Positions 1 to 7,067 of a stretch of 25,990 nt of DNA are shown piece after piece; the first letter of the stretch is position 1; each line of letters opens with the position of its first letter. Source of the stretch: a virus (lineage: Duplodnaviria; Caudoviricetes). The translations under genes and the position numbers were made by a program. The notes below the pieces were generated by a model. The model worked only from the letters and a program-made list of their open reading frames with translations. It was not told where the DNA came from and made no database searches. The stretch lies in the IMG/VR virus record IMGVR_UViG_3300029224_000081, positions 1-25,990 of that record; one strand, given 5' to 3'.

Positions 1-1
1 T

Positions 2-451
2 CAAGCGCAACCCATTTTGATGGCGCGCTCGGTGGCAATGACCGTCTGTCGACGTGTGTTCGATTGTAGTTTGTTGCAGTTAGGCAATAGCTTCAACCGG
101 AACCACACCACTGTATTGGACGCGGTGAACAAAACCGAAACCTTCTCAACCGTCGATGCAAAAACGCGGTGGATTTTAAAATATCTCGAAGCCCGCGCCA
201 CGGGCGTTCTGGATTGTAGTATTTTCCCCACACCTCGACCGGTCGTGAAATACGTTTCTGTCGAAAGCAGGATGCCGGACCGGGTCACTGAGCTTGCCGA
301 AGCCTACACAGATTTTGAAAATCATCAGTTCAGCAAAAACGAGACAAAGTATCTCCGATATTTGCTTTGCGCGGCCAGAGAACTGCGCGCGACGACAGAA
401 ATCCATTCAAAATTCCAATCTCCCAACCCCAAAAAGGAACACGTCCTATGA
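2..451 (+). CDS. DnaA domain IV-like HTH protein (5' partial)
   Basis: ARSVAMTVCRRVFDCSLLQLGNSFNRNHTTVLDAV resembles the DnaA C-terminal consensus ARQIAMYL...SLPEIG..F.RDHTTVLHA; the frame is open to the window edge. Confidence 0.7.
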   Translation, partial: QAQPILMARSVAMTVCRRVFDCSLLQLGNSFNRNHTTVLDAVNKTETFSTVDAKTRWILKYLEARATGVLDCSIFPTPRPVVKYVSVESRMPDRVTELAEAYTDFENHQFSKNETKYLRYLLCAARELRATTEIHSKFQSPNPKKEHVL

Positions 452-1086
452 ACACCCCAAGCCCAACAGAAACCAAGGTGCAAATCCCCGCTGGATACGT
501 ACAGGATCGGGACGGCCATCTTGTTCCGCGCGATAAAGTAAAGCCCATTGATATGGATCGCGACAGGTTGGTTAAAAAGCTCATCAAGGATGCGAAAAAA
601 CTATCCGGAACCCTGGCTGAATTCCGCGAAGACGGATTTGATCAGATTGCAAAATTCGCCGACAAATCAGCTGCACAATACGGCGCTAAAATGGGCGGAA
701 GAAAGGGCAATATGACCCTGCACTCATATGATGGCACATACAAGATTGTTCTCAACAAGGCTGAATTCAAGACGTTCGATGAGCGCCTTCAGACCGCCAA
801 GTCCCTCATTGATGAATGCATTCACACTTGGGCGAAAGGCGCAAATAAAAACCTCCAGGCATTGGTCGACCATGCGTTCGAAACGGACAAAGCAGGCCAT
901 GTGTCAGTTAGTAAAATCCTTGGCCTTCGCCGTATCAACATTGATGACGAACGCTGGGCAAATGCCATGACCGCGATTGCTGACAGCATTCAATCCACTG
1001 GCTCAAAACGCTATTTGCGGTTCTATGAGCGCATGGGAGAAAGCGAAGAATACCGCCCGATCTCACTTGATGCCGCCAACGCGTGA
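448..1086 (+). CDS. DUF3164 family protein (Mu-like early/middle gene)
   Basis: ATG 448 after AAGGA, overlapping the upstream stop (ATGA); motifs G.KGNMTLHSYDG, FDERLQTAKSLIDEC, YLRFYER. Confidence 0.88.
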   Translation: MNTPSPTETKVQIPAGYVQDRDGHLVPRDKVKPIDMDRDRLVKKLIKDAKKLSGTLAEFREDGFDQIAKFADKSAAQYGAKMGGRKGNMTLHSYDGTYKIVLNKAEFKTFDERLQTAKSLIDECIHTWAKGANKNLQALVDHAFETDKAGHVSVSKILGLRRINIDDERWANAMTAIADSIQSTGSKRYLRFYERMGESEEYRPISLDAANA

Positions 1087-1095
1087 GGTAGTGCA

Positions 1096-1359
1096 ATGAA
1101 TTCGGCTACTCACGATATGGATGGCAAAATCAATCATCCAGATCATTATAACAACCACCCTTCCGGCATAGAGTGCATCACGGTCACTGAACACATGGGA
1201 TTTTGTTTAGGCAACGCGATGAAATATCTATGGCGCGCCGGTCTCAAAGGCGATGCCATTGAAGATTTGAAAAAATCACGCTGGTACATCGACCGTGAAA
1301 TTGCGCGTTTGGAAATGGTAGCTGGCGGCACCAGAAAAACTGGCCGGGGGTGCGAGTGA
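1096..1359 (+). CDS. DUF3310 family protein (T7 gp1.7-like putative nucleotide kinase)
   Basis: INHPDHY...IECI...FCLGNAMKYLWRAGLKG..EDLKKSRWYIDR; GAGG RBS. Confidence 0.88.
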   Translation: MNSATHDMDGKINHPDHYNNHPSGIECITVTEHMGFCLGNAMKYLWRAGLKGDAIEDLKKSRWYIDREIARLEMVAGGTRKTGRGCE

Positions 1360-1565
1360 TGGACCGCAAAGCCGATATGCTCATCTATCACGCACCTGAC
1401 GTTTTGGAATTTGTCGGTAACGGTCGCTCCCTTCTGTCCTACCAAACACCCCATGCCCACGGTTGCCTGATGCAAAGTCAAGCAATGCCGTCAGGAGATC
1501 GCAAGCATGTGATCAACGATCTCTATACCGCCCTTCTCGAACAGCAGAGGGCTGCAACGTCATGA
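1359..1565 (+). CDS. hypothetical phage protein
   Basis: Fills the gap exactly, with TGATG and ATGA overlaps on either side; start could be GTG 1356. Confidence 0.6.
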   Translation: MDRKADMLIYHAPDVLEFVGNGRSLLSYQTPHAHGCLMQSQAMPSGDRKHVINDLYTALLEQQRAATS

Positions 1566-1984
1566 CCCGAGCCGCCCTTGCCAAAATTCATATTGCCAAA
1601 AAAGAATTGGGATACAGCGACGATCTTTATCGCGATGTGCTGGAACGTATAACAGGCCAACGCTCATCTGCGAAAATGACCGACAGGCAACATATTGCCG
1701 TCATCAAGGAATTCAAGCGTCTGGGTTGGAAACCCATTCCCGGGGGCAAAAAACAGAACGGCGGCAAGAATAAATGGCGCGAACCGTCTGACAATCCCAT
1801 GCACCGCAAAATCTGGGCGCTGGGCAAAGAACTCGACCGCCTCGGTTACTGGAAACAGACTTGGAAAGTCGCCTTGCGCAAATTCGTTAAATCCGAAACC
1901 GGCGTCGACGATATTGACTGGCTGGAAACCCGGCAGGCATCAAACGTCATCGAAGCCTTAAAGTCGATAGTGAGGCGCATGTAA
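1562..1984 (+). CDS. gemA: GemA / Mu gp16 family (DUF1018) regulatory protein
   Basis: LAKIHIAKKELG.SDD.YR..L...TG.RSS..M and KIWAL...ASNVIEALK motifs; ATG 1562 overlaps the upstream stop. Confidence 0.9.
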   Translation: MTRAALAKIHIAKKELGYSDDLYRDVLERITGQRSSAKMTDRQHIAVIKEFKRLGWKPIPGGKKQNGGKNKWREPSDNPMHRKIWALGKELDRLGYWKQTWKVALRKFVKSETGVDDIDWLETRQASNVIEALKSIVRRM

Positions 1985-2193
1985 TGGCTGCCCTGCTCAA
2001 ATCCCCATCGCTTTTAAGCTGGCCGCAACAGCAGGAAATCAACCGGCTGTCTGGACGTCGCGATATCCTGCATTCGCGCATACAGCGCCTGCGCCCGGCT
2101 GCTCACAGGCGTGTGGTTCTGGAGGCGCAATTGCGCCAACTCACAGACCGGCAATTAAAGCTGGAAACTGAATTATCAGAAGGGGATTTGTGA
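1984..2193 (+). CDS. hypothetical coiled-coil phage protein
   Basis: TAATG coupling to gemA, GAGG RBS. Confidence 0.7.
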   Translation: MAALLKSPSLLSWPQQQEINRLSGRRDILHSRIQRLRPAAHRRVVLEAQLRQLTDRQLKLETELSEGDL

Positions 2194-2195
2194 TG

Positions 2196-2534
2196 TCAGT
2201 TTGTCGGTGCCAGTTTATTCTTATTCACATACGTTTGGGTTGTTGCGCACAGCAGTTTCATCTGCAACGCACTCGCGCGTTTCAACGAGTATTGAGCAAT
2301 TGTGACATTTGCATTCAGGCCTGCGAGAACCTTACTTTCGTATCCGACAAAACGCTTTGTCACAAACGCCATCATAGCTTCGGCATCGATGGCGATATTG
2401 CACTTTTCTTCCAGTGCCACGGCCTTGGCCAAGGCGGTCATCTCGGTCATATACGTCAGGCCGTCCATTTTCTCCTGGGCAACACTGATATTGGTCAAAA
2501 ACATCAGGCCAGCAATCATCAAGAATACGCGCAT
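2196..2534 (-). CDS. small secreted/periplasmic protein (inverted moron)
   Basis: AAGGGAGAG RBS; Sec-type signal peptide MRVFLMIAGLMFLTNISVA-Q; two Cys; only credible minus-strand CDS in the window. Confidence 0.78.
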   Translation of the reverse strand: MRVFLMIAGLMFLTNISVAQEKMDGLTYMTEMTALAKAVALEEKCNIAIDAEAMMAFVTKRFVGYESKVLAGLNANVTIAQYSLKRASALQMKLLCATTQTYVNKNKLAPTN

Positions 2535-2546
2535 TTTTCTCTCCCT

Positions 2547-2575
2547 TTGACAAAAATTTCAAATCACCTTATCGT
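2547..2575 (+). promoter_or_regulatory. sigma70-type promoter for the c4-icd-ant cassette
   Basis: TTGACA (2547-2552), 17 bp spacer, TATCGT (2570-2575). Confidence 0.75.
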
Positions 2576-2594
2576 AGCGTTACTTTGCCCTCAA
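2566..2594 (-). promoter_or_regulatory. candidate promoter for the inverted moron
   Basis: On the minus strand, TTGAGG (2594-2589), 17 bp spacer, TAAGGT (2571-2566). Confidence 0.4.
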
Positions 2595-2645
2595 GGTAAA
2601 GTCGGGAATGCAAGCCCGTTCAACAGTAGGCGCTCGATGCGCCAC
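2582..2645 (+). promoter_or_regulatory. c4 a1/b1-type leader with upstream antisense target sites
   Basis: 5' hairpin ACTTTGCC/GGTAAAGT; b1 TGCAAG (2609-2614) in a CGGG/CCCG loop; a1 CAGTAGG (2624-2630). Confidence 0.7.
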
Positions 2646-2665
2646 GCTCCAAGCGTGGTTTTTTT
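2641..2665 (+). terminator. intrinsic terminator/attenuator upstream of C4 RNA
   Basis: CCACGCT-cca-AGCGTGG stem followed by T7. Confidence 0.75.
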
Positions 2666-2666
2666 A

Positions 2667-2743
2667 TGGTCGGGTGCAATGGGAGACCTTCGGGTCTGCC
2701 GTGGCCTACTGCACGGTCTTGCAACCCGTTGTTGCCCGGCCAC
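2667..2743 (+). ncRNA. c4: C4-like antisense RNA (P1/P7 C4, P4 CI class)
   Basis: Closing stem TGGTCGGG..CAATGGG / CCCGTTG..CCCGGCCA; AGACC-TTCG-GGTCT hairpin; CCGTG/CACGG hairpin with loop GCCTACTG (a'); unpaired TCTTGCAA (b'); both have complements upstream and downstream; lies upstream of an antirepressor. Confidence 0.85.
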
Positions 2744-2787
2744 CCTTTTGCAAGAGGGTGGCAAGGCGTTAATACAAACAGTAGGAG
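2739..2787 (+). promoter_or_regulatory. C4 downstream targets b2 and a2 over the icd-like RBS
   Basis: b2 TTGCAAGA (2748-2755) at the loop of a GCCACCCT/AGGGTGGC hairpin; a2 CAGTAGG (2779-2785) overlaps the AGGAG RBS. Confidence 0.78.
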
Positions 2788-2793
2788 ACATTT

Positions 2794-3006
2794 ATGTCCC
2801 ATTCCTCAAATCAGGTGAAGTATATCCGCGCCAGAAAACTGGTCAGCGCGGCGGTAAAGCCCTATCTCGACCAGCCCGATCCTTACAACCGGATACAAAT
2901 GCACCTCATTCTCACCGCCAGACAACAACCCAACCTTGCGCGGGCGCTTCAACGCATCGCCGCAAGATCGATTGCCATATCGGCAACAACCAAAAAGGAG
3001 AATTGA
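2794..3006 (+). CDS. small protein in the icd position of a c4-icd-ant operon
   Basis: AGGAG RBS covered by the a2 site; 70 aa; assigned by position only, no sequence homology recognised. Confidence 0.7.
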   Translation: MSHSSNQVKYIRARKLVSAAVKPYLDQPDPYNRIQMHLILTARQQPNLARALQRIAARSIAISATTKKEN

Positions 3007-3009
3007 GCC

Positions 3010-3666
3010 ATGACCACCGAACTCATAAATGTACCGTTTCACGACGAAGAAGTGATGATGATCGAGCACAATGGCGAACCCTATGTTCCGGTCAAACCGA
3101 TTTCAGACCGTCTTGGGCTGGAGTGGAGCCGTCAAAGAAAGAAACTTCGGGATGCTTTCAAGCGTTTCCCCACGGTACTTATGTACTGTGGAACAGGGGC
3201 CGGGGAACGCGAAATGACCTGTCTCCCACTGCGCAAATTGCCTGCATGGCTGTTCTCTATCAACGCAAACAAGGTGCGCCCGGACCTGAAGGCGGATGTC
3301 ATTCGCTACCAAAACGAATGCGACGACGTGCTGTGGCGGCACTGGTCGGGCGAATTGCATCACGATCTGGCACGTCTCAAGGATCAGAATTACAAACTCA
3401 TCCAGCATTGCCTGATGTCCAAACCGGTGTGGTCGAAGGTTTATTTTCACCAGCAGGCAGGCATTCCCAAGCAAATGGTGTGGCGTCATATGCGCCGCTC
3501 CCAGGGCGAAGTGGAAGAAGTGATCGAGGAAATGGAAAAGGTTGGCGTTATTTCCGGGGACGGCTGGTTTCAGATGTTGTGGAATTCGCAAGATCAATCT
3601 TGGGAACCGGAAGTCTGGCCCCGCGTCGGCTCCACACCGTCATTGCCCGCCCCCATTGGAGCTTAA
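3010..3666 (+). CDS. ant: phage antirepressor, P22 Ant N-terminal domain
   Basis: VPFH......HNGEPYVPVKPI...LGLEW..Q..KL, CLPLRKLPAWLFSINANKVRP, YQNECDDVLWRHW; AAGGAG RBS. Confidence 0.9.
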   Translation: MTTELINVPFHDEEVMMIEHNGEPYVPVKPISDRLGLEWSRQRKKLRDAFKRFPTVLMYCGTGAGEREMTCLPLRKLPAWLFSINANKVRPDLKADVIRYQNECDDVLWRHWSGELHHDLARLKDQNYKLIQHCLMSKPVWSKVYFHQQAGIPKQMVWRHMRRSQGEVEEVIEEMEKVGVISGDGWFQMLWNSQDQSWEPEVWPRVGSTPSLPAPIGA

Positions 3667-3669
3667 ACC

Positions 3670-3876
3670 ATGGCACCCAAACCGCAATATTCAGCCGGGA
3701 CCATTCCGGTTGCCTTTCGTCACGGCAATTGCCTGTCGATCATGGTCGCACGGGTGGATGGCAATCCATCCCACGATCAGTACGGCGACAGGTTAAAGCA
3801 AACCGGAGACACTTTGGAAACCACGCTGGACAAAATCAGAATGTGGCTTGCAGACCTGCCCCAAAGGCAGAATTAA
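3670..3876 (+). CDS. hypothetical protein
   Basis: GGAG RBS, 3 nt after the ant stop. Confidence 0.65.
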   Translation: MAPKPQYSAGTIPVAFRHGNCLSIMVARVDGNPSHDQYGDRLKQTGDTLETTLDKIRMWLADLPQRQN

Positions 3877-3901
3877 CACTCGCATTACAGGCAGGTGCCG
3901 C

Positions 3902-4147
3902 ATGACCAAGCGCCTGCCTGTCACCGATCATGCCGTGGTTCGATACCTTGAGCGCGTTGCCGCCATCGATATTGACGCCATCCGGCAACGCATTCATGAC
4001 CACACCCATCAGGCGTTAGCCCATGGTGCGCGTGGCATTGTCTCTAACGGTATTACCTACAGATTTGCAAAAGGCCGGGTTGTCTCTGTCTGGGTTGCCC
4101 AGGCTCATATGAAGCCTTTGAAGTGGAACAAGGGGGATGGCCGTTGA
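3902..4147 (+). CDS. hypothetical phage protein (VTDHAVVRYLERV motif)
   Basis: ATG 3902 after AGGTG; motif typical of small phage proteins; stop overlaps the next start. Confidence 0.72.
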   Translation: MTKRLPVTDHAVVRYLERVAAIDIDAIRQRIHDHTHQALAHGARGIVSNGITYRFAKGRVVSVWVAQAHMKPLKWNKGDGR

Positions 4148-4551
4148 GCGATCCTGCCGAACATCAATTCACCAAAGACATGAAAGATGTTGCCGACACC
4201 ATCGGTATCGAAGTTGCGCAAAATCTGGTTGATAATCTGCCCGGTCTGGAAGTTAAAATTCCCAAGGTCTGGTCACCGGACAGCGTTCTGGCCCTGCTCG
4301 ACCGAGAAACCGCCGATGTCCTGATAAAATATTATCCCGGCGATATCCTCTATGTGCCAACGATGAAGTTCAGTGCGGAAACCAGACCAGCGGCAATCAG
4401 GCTTCACGCTGAGGGTCGTTCAAATCGCCAGATAGCGCTTGAACTCAAAGTGACCGAACGACATATCCGCAATCTGCTGAATTCAGAACCGCGCCTGAAA
4501 AAACACGATCATCGCCAGATCGACATGTTTGCAAGCTCTGAAGATCGATAG
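4144..4551 (+). CDS. Mor/C family late transcription activator
   Basis: TTG start after AAGGGGG; A..IGIEVAQ.LV....G..V.IP, G.ILYVP and a C-terminal HTH (GRSNRQIALELKVTERHIRNLL); directly upstream of the lysis genes like Mu C. Confidence 0.85.
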   Translation: MSDPAEHQFTKDMKDVADTIGIEVAQNLVDNLPGLEVKIPKVWSPDSVLALLDRETADVLIKYYPGDILYVPTMKFSAETRPAAIRLHAEGRSNRQIALELKVTERHIRNLLNSEPRLKKHDHRQIDMFASSEDR

Positions 4552-4553
4552 GC

Positions 4554-4596
4554 CGGAACCCTTCCACACGATTTCCTGTTTTAAAATGACCATGGT
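4554..4596 (+). promoter_or_regulatory. putative activator-dependent late promoter (Plys-like)
   Basis: CGGAACCCTTCC dyad; CATGGT 25 nt downstream, the same spacing as the copy at 24202. Confidence 0.55.
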
Positions 4597-4627
4597 GACC
4601 TCCATATTTTAATTGGAGTGCTCAATC

Positions 4628-5845
4628 ATGCGCGTTGACCAGGCAACAATCGAAACGCTTATGGCCGGTGGCGGTGAGCCTGGCATGGGTGATGCCATCA
4701 AGCTGGCGGCCAGGAAAATCAAATGCGAGGTGGCGACACTACAGGCAATCCTGAACGTCGAAAGTGGCGGCGATGCGTATGATGATAAAGGTCGACTTAT
4801 AATCCTGCCGGAGAAACACATTTTCTGGCGCTACCTGCCCAAATCAATGCGCAATGGTGCCCGGGCATCACGCCTGGCAACTCCAAAATGGTCAAAATCA
4901 AATTACAAAGGCCTCGGCGGCAAGGGCTCAGACAAGCGTTGGGATCGGCTCAAGGCAATGGTTACCCTGCATGGTGAGGCTGGTTTTAAATCTGCGTCCT
5001 ATGGCAAGGCGCAAATCATGGGTTTCAACCACAAGCTTTGCGGATTTTCTGTTGTCACAGAGTTTGTGCTATCTCTGGCCGCGTCAGAAGATAATCAGGA
5101 CGACGCCTTCATTGGTTTTCTGCTCGGTGTGGGGCTGGCCGAAGATTTACGCCAGCGTGATTTCCGCGCTATTGCCCGGCGCTATAATGGCTCCGGCCAG
5201 GTTGATCTTTACTCTGGCATGATTGCGCGGGAATATAAAAACCTCACCGGCAAAGCCGCGCGCATTAAATCCAAGGTGCGGCAACAATCCCTGCGTCTCG
5301 GTTCTGAAGGCTACATGGTCGAAGCCTTGCAAAAGAAACTAAACTCTCTTGGATATGCCACCGGCATTGATGGTGATTTCGGCCCGGCCACGCGGCGTGC
5401 GCTCGTGGCCTTCCAGGCAGATATAGGCCTGAAAACAGACGGCATCGCCGGTCGAAAAACAAACGATGCGCTGGAAAAGGCCGTTCCCATCATGCAACAG
5501 GGCAATGACGGCAGGCAGGATGCCTCAATCAAAGACCTGAAGAAACGCTCAAGCATCGCCCGCAAAGCCGACACTATGAAAAAAGCTGCAGGCGGTACCG
5601 GGTTTTTTGCACTCTTCACTGAATACATGGGTGGCTTTGAAAACCTGATTGGTCAGCTCGGCTCTTTCGACACCGTGTTCAGTCAGCTTGGCCAATTGCG
5701 CGAGGTCTTTAATCCAGCATTAAAACTGGCCGCAGCCCATCCGTGGCTAATCGCCGCTGTGGTTGCAGCTTTGGTTTTTTACCAATCTGACGGTATTCTC
5801 AAGCGCCGATTATTCGACTTTAAGAACTGGAGGAACGTAGGGTAA
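4628..5845 (+). CDS. endolysin: N-acetylmuramidase (DUF3380) + PG-binding domain + hydrophobic C-terminal extension
   Basis: AILNVESGG, IILPEKHIF, SASYGKAQIMGFNH, ARRYNG; LRLGSEG..V..LQ..L...GY....DGDFGPAT..A..AFQ...GL..DGIAG; GGAG RBS. Confidence 0.9.
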   Translation: MRVDQATIETLMAGGGEPGMGDAIKLAARKIKCEVATLQAILNVESGGDAYDDKGRLIILPEKHIFWRYLPKSMRNGARASRLATPKWSKSNYKGLGGKGSDKRWDRLKAMVTLHGEAGFKSASYGKAQIMGFNHKLCGFSVVTEFVLSLAASEDNQDDAFIGFLLGVGLAEDLRQRDFRAIARRYNGSGQVDLYSGMIAREYKNLTGKAARIKSKVRQQSLRLGSEGYMVEALQKKLNSLGYATGIDGDFGPATRRALVAFQADIGLKTDGIAGRKTNDALEKAVPIMQQGNDGRQDASIKDLKKRSSIARKADTMKKAAGGTGFFALFTEYMGGFENLIGQLGSFDTVFSQLGQLREVFNPALKLAAAHPWLIAAVVAALVFYQSDGILKRRLFDFKNWRNVG

Positions 5846-6252
5846 TGGGTTTTATAGCATTCCTTTTAAAAATCGGACTGGGCGGCATCATCGATAAAAC
5901 GCTCGGTTACATGGAAAAGAAAGCGGAACTGGAAGGAGAGCAGGACAAGCTCCGGTCAGATATCGCAATCCAGCACATCAAATCTGCCGTCGACGAGACC
6001 CGCATAATGGCCGACCTCAACAAATCCAAAATGGAAAATCAGATGTTCTGGTGGTTTCTTGCTCTGTTCATTCTGCCCTTGGCGATTTGGTGGGGTGCAG
6101 TTATCGCCGACAGTTTGTTTTATTTTGAATGGGATGTTGCCGCTTTGCCAGCACCGCTGGATCAATGGGCAGGCGACATGATCAAGTGGCTGTTTTACGT
6201 CGGCTCAACCGTAAGCGGTGCAGCCATGGTTAAGGGGGTTTTTTCAAAATGA
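5845..6252 (+). CDS. membrane protein of the lysis cassette (3TM holin-like)
   Basis: TAATG coupling; amphipathic N-terminus, coiled coil, hydrophobic segments. Confidence 0.65.
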   Translation: MGFIAFLLKIGLGGIIDKTLGYMEKKAELEGEQDKLRSDIAIQHIKSAVDETRIMADLNKSKMENQMFWWFLALFILPLAIWWGAVIADSLFYFEWDVAALPAPLDQWAGDMIKWLFYVGSTVSGAAMVKGVFSK

Positions 6253-6563
6253 GCGGCGTTGAATTTTTCGGTATCAAGCTGGCCACAATTGTTACAGCCT
6301 TCATCGGCGCGATACTATCCATCGGTGTTGATTTGAAATCACACACCAAGCTAACGGCCTTTGGTTCTTTGCTGGCAGGCGTTTTTATTGCTGCCATCGC
6401 CACCGAACCGACGATTGAGTTTTTCAACCTGTCAATAACCTGGGGGCATGCCGTAGCAGGTATTTACGGCATATCTGGCCGCAATCTCGTTGTCTGGATA
6501 TCACGTGCTTCCAAAAATCCCGAAGGCATTGTCTCGGCTATTTTAAAGCTGGGGAAGAAGTGA
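6249..6563 (+). CDS. putative holin (three hydrophobic segments, basic C-terminus)
   Basis: 104 aa, hydrophobic, ends LKLGKK; within the lysis cassette. Confidence 0.65.
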   Translation: MSGVEFFGIKLATIVTAFIGAILSIGVDLKSHTKLTAFGSLLAGVFIAAIATEPTIEFFNLSITWGHAVAGIYGISGRNLVVWISRASKNPEGIVSAILKLGKK

Positions 6564-6569
6564 GACCGT

Positions 6570-7067
6570 ATGGCCTATACAGCCGATCAGCGTAAAAAGG
6601 CGCGTGAGGCTTTCGTCTTCAAACGCCAATCCCCGCCAACAATATCGTTGGCTATTGGCGTTCCGCCAACCACCATCCGCCGATGGAAATCTGATGCGCT
6701 CAGAAAAGGCGATGACTGGGGTGTGGCACGGTCCGCCAACCTGATAGCCGGTCAAGGCCTTGAAGCTGTGGTCATGACGGTTGTCGAAGATTTCGTCATG
6801 CTCACCCATGCGTCTATGGATGACATCAAGGGCAGTACCAGCGATGTCGACACCAAGGTAAAACAGCTTGCGTCCCTGGCTGACAGTATGACCAAGGCCG
6901 TCGCCGCCGCTGCCCGTGTTACCCCGAAGATTTCAGAATTGGGTGTTGCCCAGGATGTGTTGCAACGCATGTCATCGTTTGTTGCAGAAAACTATCCGCA
7001 ACATGCCGATGCTTTCCTTGAAATCCTTGAACCGTTCGGCCACGAAATTGTCGGGGCATATTCATGA
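6570..7067 (+). CDS. DUF1804 family protein, putative terminase small subunit
   Basis: MAY....R..AR..FVF, N-terminal HTH with RRWK...GDDW..AR, FLEILEPFG; directly upstream of TerL. Confidence 0.85.
   Translation: MAYTADQRKKAREAFVFKRQSPPTISLAIGVPPTTIRRWKSDALRKGDDWGVARSANLIAGQGLEAVVMTVVEDFVMLTHASMDDIKGSTSDVDTKVKQLASLADSMTKAVAAAARVTPKISELGVAQDVLQRMSSFVAENYPQHADAFLEILEPFGHEIVGAYS

Noticed and set aside
367-447. Extended N-termini from the ORF track (367, 1463, 3848, 4123, 4613, 12367, 23362)
   Set aside because: Downstream starts have RBSs or stop-start overlaps and coincide with the family N-termini; the extensions overlap other genes or regulatory sites.
448-1086. Transporter-type annotation sometimes attached to DUF3164 proteins
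   Set aside because: The protein is soluble with no transmembrane segments.
2667-2743. Cloverleaf as a tRNA
   Set aside because: No T-loop GTTCRA, no D-loop and no 7-nt anticodon loop; the guide-target complementarity fits C4.
2666-2818. Ash-like ORF MVGCNGRPSGLP... read through the C4 RNA
   Set aside because: No RBS (preceded by the terminator T-run); the apparent peptide pattern is explained by the conserved RNA structure.
2190-3905. 571-aa + strand ORF
   Set aside because: Runs antisense to the moron, through the C4 RNA and a terminator, and in a shifted frame over three same-frame genes with good RBSs; Arg/His/Gln-rich with no recognisable domain. Its length is odd but best explained as a shadow frame.
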